Shown: piece after piece, positions 52,356-60,128 of the stretch | Layout: the number at the start of each line of letters is the position of its first letter | Position numbering within the stretch: position 1 is the first letter of the stretch | Origin: Bdellovibrionales bacterium | Lineage (GTDB): Bacteria; Bdellovibrionota; Bdellovibrionia; Bdellovibrionales; UBA1609 | Assembly: GCA_965205365.1 (NCBI GenBank) | Contig: CBDBGT010000011.1 | Span: forward strand, 347,489 to 411,488 | DNA length: 64,000 bases | Reading direction: 5' to 3' | The notes under the pieces: model-generated | Told to the model about the DNA's origin: nothing | What the model saw: only the letters and a program-made list of their open reading frames with translations | Database searches by the model: none | Position numbers and translations under genes: made by a program

Positions 52356-52483
52356 AAAGCTAATAAAATCAAGTGCTTAGATTTTGCTGGGGTCACTACA
52401 TTTCGAGTTTTAGACTTTTTAACCTTCTCTGGTGCGTATATTTGAACTCAAGAGGGGCTTTTTAACAGGAGTGTCGAAGTCAG
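52331..52483 (-). mobile_element. 153-bp transposase-less derivative (MITE-like) of the IS1634-family element, inverted relative to the full copy
   Basis: 52331-52393 is the reverse complement of 61920-61992. 52379-52483 is the reverse complement of 60129-60223. The two parts join at a single copy of the 15-nt aaatgtagtgacccc. Termini are ctgacttcgacac / gtgtcgaagtcag. Confidence 0.85.
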
Positions 52484-54465
52484 GAGCTTAGAAAATATTT
52501 TATCATTTTTTTAAATAATTAAAGAGTTTAGACCTTAATTTTCCTACTGTTTTTGTATCAAAATAAGAAAAAAACATTTCTTTAAAAACACTAAGTTAAA
52601 AATAAAGCTAAAAACCCACACTTATTACGCCTTAATATTAAATTAAGAAAAACACTTAATTTCCTTTAGTTTTTAAGCCCTTTATCCGATACATAGAGTA
52701 TAAAATATAAGAATTTATATAGGATATAACATGAAAGCTTTAACTTTATTTACAGTTTTATTATGGACGTTTTCTTCCTTGGCTGTGCCAAGTTCTTTTG
52801 TCTTTCAAGGTCAAATTATAAAGCCCAATGGAGAAGCCCTAGAAGACAATAATGTTAACTTTATTCTTAAAATCCTATCTCCCCTAAACCACTGCCTCCT
52901 CTATGAAGAAACCTTCACCCTTAATATGACAGACTCAAAGGGAGTGTTTAACCTAAGTGTAGGGTCTGGCACAACCACAGGAAATGGTGGCTTAACAAGT
53001 TTATCTAAAGCCCTAGACAATTCCTTAAACAACATCACAGGGCTTAACTGTGACTCTGGTTCCTCATACAGTCCAAGCCTCACTGACACAAGAAAACTTA
53101 GAATGACTTTTGATGACGGCAGTGGCCCCCTTACTCTAACAAATGACCACACAATTGAAAGTGTGCCCTATGCTCAGTACGCTCATAAACTTGGCGGAAA
53201 AACACTTCATGACTTTATTCAAGTCAACAGTGGTGTGACACAAAGTAATTTAGAAACTGTGTTTGATAACGGTGTAAACCAAAGAGAGCTTATGGCTTTA
53301 ATTGAGGGCCGTTCTAACCAATACTCTCCATTAAGCACTAGTGGAGCTAGTTCTTTACCGAGCTTTTCAAATCCTCCCCTTAACTCTAAGGCAGGAGATG
53401 TTTGGTACAACTCTACAACCAATGAAATCATGTACCACAATGGATCAGTAAACACCGTTGTTGGCCAAGGGAGTGGAACTGTGACCAGTATCACCACAGG
53501 AAGTGGTCTAAGTGGTGGAATCATTACAAATAGCGGTACAATTTCAATTGCCACAGGGGGTGTATTAAACAGTCACCTTCAAGGTGGTATCCATGGAAGT
53601 AAAATCACAGGAGGAGTTTTACCAGCCTCAGTGGTTCCAACAGGAACTGATGATACAAAGCTTTCTCTTCAAGGGGGAAGTTTATTAGGTGATCTTAACC
53701 TTAATGGAAATGAGGTTTTAAACACAGGTCATATTATGCAAAACCCGAGGAGTACAATGACCCTAGGTTCTTATGGGAATTTAGAAGAGGCTAGTCTTTT
53801 AGGTTCTTTGAGTGCGGGGAATGCTGGAGCCACTTGGTACAATAGTGATTCTAGGGTGCTTAAGTACTGGGACGGTAGTGGTGTAGAAGTGTTAACCACA
53901 GTGAGTGTAGGTGTATCAAGTGTTTTAGTGAGTCCCCCGTTAACTTCTTCAGGTGGTAATGATCCAAGAATAGGCATAAGCCTTGGTAGGGGTTTATACA
54001 ACAAGAGTGGAAGTGTGGAGATAGATTTAGACTCTCTTAGTGGTTTAGACTTTAATGGAAATAGGTTAAGAGTAAAAGCAGGAAGTGGTATAAGACTAAC
54101 AGGAAGTGGTATAGAGGCAGATACGGGAACGAGTTTAGGTCAGTTAATGAGAGTAGACAGTCTTCCTGTGTGCACAAGTGGGGAAAAGATTCAAAGAAAC
54201 TCTGGAGCCACAGTGACTTATTCTTGTGTGGCTGATGTAGATGAAGACACAAGTCTTTTAGGAAAATCAGCAGGAGGAGACCTTAGTGGAACTTATCCAA
54301 ACCCCATTTTAACATCAACAGGGGTGAGTGAGGGAATTTATTCAAAAGTTAGAGTGGACACTAAGGGAAGGGTAAGAGAGGGTTTAAGTTTGGACTTCCC
54401 CAAATATAGTAGACAGATTAGGAAGTTCCTATGTAGCCCTAAAAGAGGCTGAAAGGGATGAGAAA

Positions 54466-54762
54466 ATGTCAGAGAAAAGAAAACATAAACACTATAACAA
54501 AGAATTCAAAATAGAAGCTGTAAAATTAGCTGAGACAGTTGGAGTAATGAAGGCTGCTGCTGAACTAGGTGTAGCAAAAAAATCTATTCAAAACTGGATA
54601 AATGGGATCTATATGGGTGGAGCTCAATGTAAAAAGTCAAAAATGGCCGAAATGGAAGCTGAGCTTAGAAGGATTAAAAAAGAAAACAAAAACCTAAAGT
54701 TAATCAATGATGTTCTAAAAAAAAGCACTGCGATATTCTCCAAAGACCAAATTGGAGATTAG
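54466..54762 (+). CDS. IS3-family transposase OrfA (HTH)
   Basis: HYNKEFKIEAVKLA...; helix-turn-helix plus leucine-zipper-like C-terminus. Confidence 0.85.
   Translation: MSEKRKHKHYNKEFKIEAVKLAETVGVMKAAAELGVAKKSIQNWINGIYMGGAQCKKSKMAEMEAELRRIKKENKNLKLINDVLKKSTAIFSKDQIGD
54717..54723 (+). promoter_or_regulatory. A_AAA_AAA -1 programmed frameshift site for the OrfAB fusion
   Basis: Zero-frame codons are cta aaa aaa agc. The -1 frame is open from here into orfB (...KKKHCDILQRPNWRLEMILK...). Confidence 0.6.
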
Positions 54763-54764
54763 AG

Positions 54765-55634
54765 ATGATTTTAAAGTTAAAAAATCAAATGAGTGTGAAG
54801 TTTTTAGCAGAGCACTTTGGGTTGTCTAGACCTTCTTTTTATAAATGGTTGAAGCTTAGGAGTAAGTCCACATCTGGTTTGAACTCTAAAACTGAAATCT
54901 GTAAAGAGATCAGATCTATTTTTAGATCTTCAAAGCAAACTTATGGATCCCCTAGAATTTACGCTGAACTCAAAACTAAAGAGGTTTTCATCAGTGAAAA
55001 CACTGTGGCTAAATACATGGGTGAGATGGGCTTAAATGCAAGATTGAAGAAAAAATATAGAGTGATGACTACAGATTCAAACCACGCCCATGCCATAGCC
55101 CCCAGACTTTTTAAAACTGAAGATGAGCACTGTCTTCCAACAAAGCCAGGGACTGTTTTAGCTGGTGACATCACTTATTTGAAGCTCTCAAAGCACAACC
55201 ATGTCTACCTTGCTGTGGTTTTAGACCTGTACAACAGAGAAGTTGTGGGTTGGTCTATGAGCCTCTCGCTGGACACTAGAGTTGTTATGGATGCCCTCCA
55301 CGGAGCCATTAAAAAGACGAATCCAGATGCAGAGGTGATCTTCCACTCTGACCGTGGTGTGCAGTACGCGTCTGACGCGTATAGAAAGTTTTTGAGAAAC
55401 CAGAAGATCAAGCCATCAATGAGCAGAAAAGGAAATTGTTATGACAATGCTTATGTGGAGAGTTTTTTTAGTTCACTTAAGAAAGAATGGGTGTACAGAC
55501 AAAATCCTGAAACTGAAGATGCTATGAAGGCCTGTGTCTTCAATTATATTGAAGCTTGGTACAATGCAAAAAGACGACACTCATCACTTGATTATATGAG
55601 TCCATTAGATTACAGAATTAAACAACAAAAATGA
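54765..55634 (+). CDS. IS3-family transposase OrfB (DDE integrase core)
   Basis: GDITYL, HSDRGVQYAS and YDNAYVESFF (the D, D, E motifs); the stop lies in the right IR. Confidence 0.9.
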   Translation: MILKLKNQMSVKFLAEHFGLSRPSFYKWLKLRSKSTSGLNSKTEICKEIRSIFRSSKQTYGSPRIYAELKTKEVFISENTVAKYMGEMGLNARLKKKYRVMTTDSNHAHAIAPRLFKTEDEHCLPTKPGTVLAGDITYLKLSKHNHVYLAVVLDLYNREVVGWSMSLSLDTRVVMDALHGAIKKTNPDAEVIFHSDRGVQYASDAYRKFLRNQKIKPSMSRKGNCYDNAYVESFFSSLKKEWVYRQNPETEDAMKACVFNYIEAWYNAKRRHSSLDYMSPLDYRIKQQK

Positions 55635-55656
55635 ACTTCCTAATCTGTCTACTTTT

Positions 55657-57759
55657 TTGGGGAAGTCCAGTTTAGTAGAAAGTGATATACCAAATTTAAG
55701 TGGAAGTAAAATCACTTCAGGAACCATTGATACAAATAGATTAAACACAGGAACAGGGAGCAATGACCTTGTTAAGCTTGATGGTTTATCAAGGTTACCT
55801 AGTGTAGATGGGAGTCAGCTTATAAACTTACCAAGTAGTGCTGACAATATGGGAAATGGTGAGGCTCAAGAGAATATACATCTTAATGGAAATTATTTAA
55901 GTGGAGACGGTGATAATGAGGGAATTAGTGTAGATGCATTAGGAAGGGTTGGAGTGGGTAAAAGGAATCCTCAAGCATTATTAGATGTTTCTGGAAAAGT
56001 AAGGGTAGAAGAGATTTGTGATGAAAGAGGTGGAAACTGTAAGGATGTGTCAACAGGTTGGGATAGAGGGAGTGTAGGAGCAAACCAAGTGACCAACGTT
56101 CCTTTTGGAAATGTTTTAGGCACAGATGTTCAGACTGCTATTAATGAGCTTGATTCTAAAAAAGTTCCAATAACTAGAGAAATTGCAACAGTTTTAAATA
56201 GTGGATTAAGTGGAGGAGGGGATTTATCCACCAACAAGAATTTAAGTGTGGATATTCATGGAACTGTAGAAGAGAGTACAGTGAGTGATTTAGACAGTGT
56301 TTTAATCCACGATGTATCCCAAAATAGTTTAAAAAAAATAACACAGTCAAATTTTTTAAATGATTATTTTAAAGGATCTTTAGGAACCAGTTTAGGTGAT
56401 GCAATGGATGCTGGAGGTGTGCCTAGTTGTGGAGTGGATGAGAAGCTTAGAATGAGTCAAGGCCCTGTTTATTTATGGTCATGTGTGGTGGATGAGGACA
56501 CAAGTCTTTTAGGAAAATCAGCAGGAGGAGACCTTAGGGGAACTTATCCAAACCCGACTTTAGCATCAACAGGGGTGAGTGAGGGAATCTACTTAAAAGT
56601 TAGAGTGGACACTAAGGGAAGAGTAACAGAGGGTTTAAGTTTATCAGAAAGTGATATACCAAATTTAAGTGGAAGTAAAATCACTTCAGGAACCATTGAT
56701 ACAAATAGATTAAACACAGGAACAGGGAGTAATGACCTTGTTAAGCTTGATGGTTTATCAAGGTTACCAAGGGTAGATGGGAGTCAGCTTACAAACTTAC
56801 CAAGTAGTGCTGACAATATGGGAAATGGTGAGGCTCAAGAGAATATACATCTTAATGGAAATTATTTAAGTGGAGATGGTGATAATGAGGGAATTAGTGT
56901 AAACAGTGATGGTGATGTTTTTGCTTCTAGAAATATTGCTGCTGTGGGGTCTATTAGTGGATCTAGTGTTGTACTTTCAAATGGAATAAAAATAGGAACA
57001 GAGGAAACAACTTGCAATACTTTAAACGAGGGGACTTTAAGGTATAGTGAAAAGAAAATGGAATTTTGTAATGGAAACGTGTGGAGTGTTTTAGGTGTTG
57101 ATGATCCATGTCTTGATTCTTCCCCCTTGCCAGGTGCTGTGTGTAAAGGTGGAGCAATTTATCTTGGAAGCCTTAGCCCAGGTGCTACCAGTGGTAGTGG
57201 AACAGATCACTACATGACCACCCCTGGGGGTTGTGGGGACATTCCATCAGGAAGTGTTTCAGGGGGCTCGGGGTCAAATTCTTATGCATTAAATGATTTT
57301 ACAGTGACTTGTTCTGGTACTGATAGTTTATTTAAAGATTGGAATAATAATACAAGTAATTGGTATAATATTCCAGGGCTAGCAAATTACACATCAACTT
57401 GGGGAATTGGTCATGGTGAAAGTAACATAGATTTAAATTACGGTTCAGCGAATACAGATGTAATTGTTGCCATTACTTTAGAGTCTCAAGGGGGCTATCA
57501 TGCCGCAGCAAGGTATTGTCATAAGCTTGTTTATGGTGGTTATGATGATTGGCATTTACCTAACCGCTATGAGCTTAATTTAATGTACACAAATCGTTCT
57601 GCTCTTCCAGGTTTAAATCAGAGTAGTGTTAGTGGTTATTATTGGTCGTCTACGGAGAGCAGTATTCACAGTGCGTGGATCCAGCGGTTTTCTGATGGCT
57701 ATCAGTATTACGGCAATAAGCTCCATTCTCGACTTGTTCGTTGTGTACGGAGGTTTTGA
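55657..57759 (+). CDS. VR-bearing C-terminal fragment of the DGR target (DUF1566/CLec-type C-terminal domain)
   Basis: The open frame starts at a TTG inside the IS3 right IR. The C-terminus reads ...YHAAARYCHKLVYGGYDDWHLPNRYELNLMY...YWSSTESSIHSAWIQRFSDGYQYYGNKLHSRLVRCVRRF. Confidence 0.7.
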   Translation: MGKSSLVESDIPNLSGSKITSGTIDTNRLNTGTGSNDLVKLDGLSRLPSVDGSQLINLPSSADNMGNGEAQENIHLNGNYLSGDGDNEGISVDALGRVGVGKRNPQALLDVSGKVRVEEICDERGGNCKDVSTGWDRGSVGANQVTNVPFGNVLGTDVQTAINELDSKKVPITREIATVLNSGLSGGGDLSTNKNLSVDIHGTVEESTVSDLDSVLIHDVSQNSLKKITQSNFLNDYFKGSLGTSLGDAMDAGGVPSCGVDEKLRMSQGPVYLWSCVVDEDTSLLGKSAGGDLRGTYPNPTLASTGVSEGIYLKVRVDTKGRVTEGLSLSESDIPNLSGSKITSGTIDTNRLNTGTGSNDLVKLDGLSRLPRVDGSQLTNLPSSADNMGNGEAQENIHLNGNYLSGDGDNEGISVNSDGDVFASRNIAAVGSISGSSVVLSNGIKIGTEETTCNTLNEGTLRYSEKKMEFCNGNVWSVLGVDDPCLDSSPLPGAVCKGGAIYLGSLSPGATSGSGTDHYMTTPGGCGDIPSGSVSGGSGSNSYALNDFTVTCSGTDSLFKDWNNNTSNWYNIPGLANYTSTWGIGHGESNIDLNYGSANTDVIVAITLESQGGYHAAARYCHKLVYGGYDDWHLPNRYELNLMYTNRSALPGLNQSSVSGYYWSSTESSIHSAWIQRFSDGYQYYGNKLHSRLVRCVRRF
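56489..56901 (+). repeat. Copy B of the ~414-bp intragenic direct repeat
   Basis: See copy A; I counted about 18 mismatches over ~414 nt. Confidence 0.8.
57642..57751 (+). repeat. DGR variable region (VR)
   Basis: Gap-free 110-nt alignment with TR. There are 13 mismatches, all at TR adenines. The VR lies in the last 39 codons of the target ORF. Confidence 0.9.
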
Positions 57760-57800
57760 GGCCTGAAAGGGCTCATTAGCTCTTTAGCCCTTTAGTTCTT

Positions 57801-57835
57801 TTATCTTAAGGAGGCTTTAAGCCTCCTTAAGATAA
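57801..57835 (+). terminator. Perfect 16-bp-stem hairpin 42 nt downstream of the target stop codon
   Basis: ttatcttaaggaggct-tta-agcctccttaagataa. There is no clear T-tract, so it could be a terminator or the DGR target-site hairpin/cruciform. Confidence 0.45.
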
Positions 57836-57895
57836 AATTATTTAATTTTAGAGACGCGTTGAGTAAATTAAAAATTATTTACATAGCGATACTTT

Positions 57896-58303
57896 ATGAT
57901 AAAGAAAGCTGTGGCAAAATATAAACATTTACCAATTTATAAATTAACTTATGAGCTTTTAGGCAGAGTGATAAGGGTAGTGAAAAAATTCCCCAGAGAT
58001 CATAAACATACTTTAGGTGAAAAAATTAAAGTCGAAATTATAGAAATTGTAGTTTTAGTTTATAGAGCAAATGCTTCACACAGTCGAGTATTAATTATTG
58101 AAAAATTAATTGAAAGTTTAGAAGTTGTGGGTTTATTAATGCGTGCTAGTTATGACCTTAGAATCATTTCACAAAAAGATTATGCTAGTCTTATAGAAAT
58201 GACGGAGTCTATAGGTCGCCAAGCAATGGGCTGGAAAAAATCTGAATTTAAAAAAGAAGGAAAAAACTTAACTGGGGGAGGTAGCCAGAGTTATTTATCT
58301 TAA
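57896..58303 (+). CDS. avd: DGR accessory variability determinant (Avd), four-helix-bundle family
   Basis: 135 aa and helical, with a basic C-terminus. HLPIYKLTYELLGRVIRVVKKFPRDHKHTLGEKI resembles the Avd / 23S-rRNA-IVS protein family. It lies between VR and TR. Confidence 0.8.
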   Translation: MIKKAVAKYKHLPIYKLTYELLGRVIRVVKKFPRDHKHTLGEKIKVEIIEIVVLVYRANASHSRVLIIEKLIESLEVVGLLMRASYDLRIISQKDYASLIEMTESIGRQAMGWKKSEFKKEGKNLTGGGSQSYLS

Positions 58304-58483
58304 GGGATAAGTAAGTGAGTGACTTTCATCTCGGGATAGACACGGTTGGAATTTATTTTCACCCTATATCTTTGATCAATTGTTAAAATTATTCATTGAC
58401 CCCATTAGTGTGTCTTTTATAAGGGGTATTTTTGGGATAAGCAGTTGTCTATCGCAAACTCGATGTTTGCCATGAGTCCTTGC

Positions 58484-58593
58484 TTGGTCGTCTACGGAGA
58501 ACAATAATAACAATGCGTGGATCCAGCGGTTTTCTGATGGCAATCAGAATAACAACAATAAGAACAATTCTCGACTTGTTCGTTGTGTACGGA
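58484..58593 (+). repeat. DGR template repeat (TR)
   Basis: Non-coding copy of VR with 35 adenines. In the VR frame it reads WSSTENNNNNAWIQRFSDGNQNNNNKNNSRLVRCVR (12 AAY codons). Confidence 0.9.
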
Positions 58594-58647
58594 AGTGAAG
58601 CCTCCTCCAGTTTTTTTTATGAATTTTAATATAAAGGTGAAAACTTT

Positions 58648-59781
58648 GTGTCAAATATGGAATTAAGTTTTGAAGAAGTAGTTAAGGCTTACTTTAATTG
58701 TCGAAAAAACAAAAGAAATACAGTTCATCAGCTAACGTATGAATTTTGTTTAGAACAAGAATTATTTGATCTTTATCAAGATCTTAAAAAAGGCACCTAT
58801 AAAATTGGACCAAGTGTAGCTTTTGTTGTGGATCAACCAAAGGTTCGAGAGATTTGGGCTGCAACTTTTAGAGACAGAGTTGTTCATCACATTATTTATA
58901 ATCGTTTGTCATCGAGTTATTATAAGAGGTTTATTAGAAACTCTTTTGCATGTATTCCAGGAAGAGGAACTCTTGATGGATCAAACCGGTTGATGAAGGG
59001 TATGCAGTCAATTACTAAGAATTGGCAGAAGCCCGCTTACTTTTTGTCAGCAGACATTAGAAATTTTTTTGTATCAATTAATAAAAATATTTTATGGAAC
59101 ATTCTAAGTCCAAATATTCAAGAAGAATGGTTAAGAGATTTAACTCATCAGGTTTTATTTCATGATCCAAGACTAGGTTGTATTAAGAAATCTAATGATT
59201 TTGCTTTTGCAAGAGTTCCTAAATATAAAAGCCTTTGGAACTGTTGTAAGAATAAAGGCTTGCCCATAGGTAATCTAACGAGCCAGTTTTTTGCAAATGT
59301 TTATCTTAATGAACTTGATCAATTTTTTGTTCATCACAAAGGTTTTGGAAAATATTATTTTCGTTATGTAGATGATTTTATTATTTTAAATGAATCTGTG
59401 AACCAGCTAAATGAAATGCATAAAGAAGCTGGATTTTTTCTTAAAGAAAAATTAGATTTGGATTTACATCCTTATAAAAAACAAATTGGGCTAGTTGCTC
59501 AAGGTGTTTATTTTGTTGGTTATGTTAACAAACCTTATAGAAGATATGTTAGAAAAAGAACAATAAATAAGGCAATGAGTGTTACTCGTCAGTGGAAAAA
59601 ATCGCTACACCCGTATTCAGAAGAATCTTTAAAAAAGCTACGAGGATCAATAAATGCATATATGGGAATTATGAAATGGGCACATAGCTACAAGGAACGT
59701 AAAAAACTTGTTCAAAAAACTACGAATCTTTATGTAAGACCTGAAAATGAAAATTATTTAAAGATTAAGATTTTTTGCTGA
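58648..59781 (+). CDS. DGR reverse transcriptase
   Basis: RT motifs LSADIRNFF, LPIGNLTSQFFANVYL (the DGR-type [IL]GxxxSQ motif), YFRYVDDFIIL and GVYFVGY. It starts 55 nt after TR. GTG start with an AAAGGTGA SD; an alternative ATG lies at 58657. Confidence 0.9.
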   Translation: MSNMELSFEEVVKAYFNCRKNKRNTVHQLTYEFCLEQELFDLYQDLKKGTYKIGPSVAFVVDQPKVREIWAATFRDRVVHHIIYNRLSSSYYKRFIRNSFACIPGRGTLDGSNRLMKGMQSITKNWQKPAYFLSADIRNFFVSINKNILWNILSPNIQEEWLRDLTHQVLFHDPRLGCIKKSNDFAFARVPKYKSLWNCCKNKGLPIGNLTSQFFANVYLNELDQFFVHHKGFGKYYFRYVDDFIILNESVNQLNEMHKEAGFFLKEKLDLDLHPYKKQIGLVAQGVYFVGYVNKPYRRYVRKRTINKAMSVTRQWKKSLHPYSEESLKKLRGSINAYMGIMKWAHSYKERKKLVQKTTNLYVRPENENYLKIKIFC

Positions 59782-59789
59782 TGTTACGC

Positions 59790-60128
59790 ACCTAGGCTTA
59801 AATAAAGGAGAGTTCCTAAGCTTCACTATGACCCCAGGAAACGTTCATGATACAAAGCCTTTAGAGAATCTTGCAGATGGTTTGTTTGGAAAGCGGAGAT
59901 AAGGGATATATCTTAAAAGAACCTCTTTAAAAAACTTATGGGCAAAGGTGTTTAAGTTGATTACTCATTTAAAATCAAATATGAAAAATAAGTTTGTACC
60001 ACTTTTTCATAAACTTTTACTGAGAAAAAGATATATTGTTGAGACTGTTTTTAGAATTTTAAAGGAAGAGTTTCATATTGAACACTCAAGACACCAAAGT
60101 CTTAAAAAACTTTATAGTGAATCTTTTC
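59790..60128 (+). pseudogene. IS982-family transposase C-terminal remnant (frameshifted, truncated by the IS1634-family element)
   Basis: FTMTPGNVHD..., GDKGYI (in another frame), LITHLKSNMKNK and LLLRKRYIVETVFRILKEEFHIEHSRH. It needs at least two frame changes and has no ends. Confidence 0.5.

Larger units (their letters stand above)
54391..55669 (+). mobile_element. IS3-family insertion sequence (1279 bp), apparently intact
   Basis: TG...CA termini with ~37/38-bp imperfect IRs: tggacttccccaaatatagtagacagattaggaagttc (left) and gaacttcctaatctgtctacttttttggggaagtcca (right). The 3-bp TSD is GTT (54388-54390 and 55670-55672). orfA and orfB are in the 0/-1 frames. Confidence 0.9.
54237..55932 (+). 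repeat. Copy A of a ~414-bp intragenic direct repeat (split by the IS3 element)
   Basis: 54237-54390 plus 55673-55932 align with 56489-56901 at about 95% identity by eye. The repeat encodes DEDTSLLGKSAGGDL.GTYPNP...GISV. Confidence 0.8.
52731..57759 (+). pseudogene. DGR target gene (about 1248 codons when reconstructed), disrupted by an IS3-family insertion
   Basis: 52731-54390 and 55673-57759 join in frame (...EGLSL|VESDIPNLSGSK...) once the IS and one GTT are removed. The protein has a signal peptide (MKALTLFTVLLWTFSSLA), Gly/Ser/Thr/Asn-rich fibre-like repeats and a C-terminal VR domain. Confidence 0.85.

Noticed and set aside
52731-57759. Target gene as part of a prophage tail-fibre module
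   Set aside because: No capsid, tail, terminase, integrase or lysis genes occur anywhere in the window. The flanks are IS ends and chromosomal glpK/flp sequence. Tail-fibre-like repeats alone do not make a prophage.
57642-58593. VR/TR pair as an ordinary diverged duplication
   Set aside because: All 13 core differences, plus 2 in the 3' extension, fall on TR adenines and none on the 75 non-A positions. One copy is coding and the other non-coding. Neutral divergence would not give this pattern.
58648-59781. Alternative identities for the RT: group II intron maturase, retron RT or Abi-type RT
   Set aside because: There is no maturase/X or endonuclease domain and no intron ribozyme-like flanks. 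No msr/msd-type inverted repeats are present. Motif 4 is the DGR-type IGNLTSQ, and an adjacent Avd gene and an A-mutated TR/VR pair are present.
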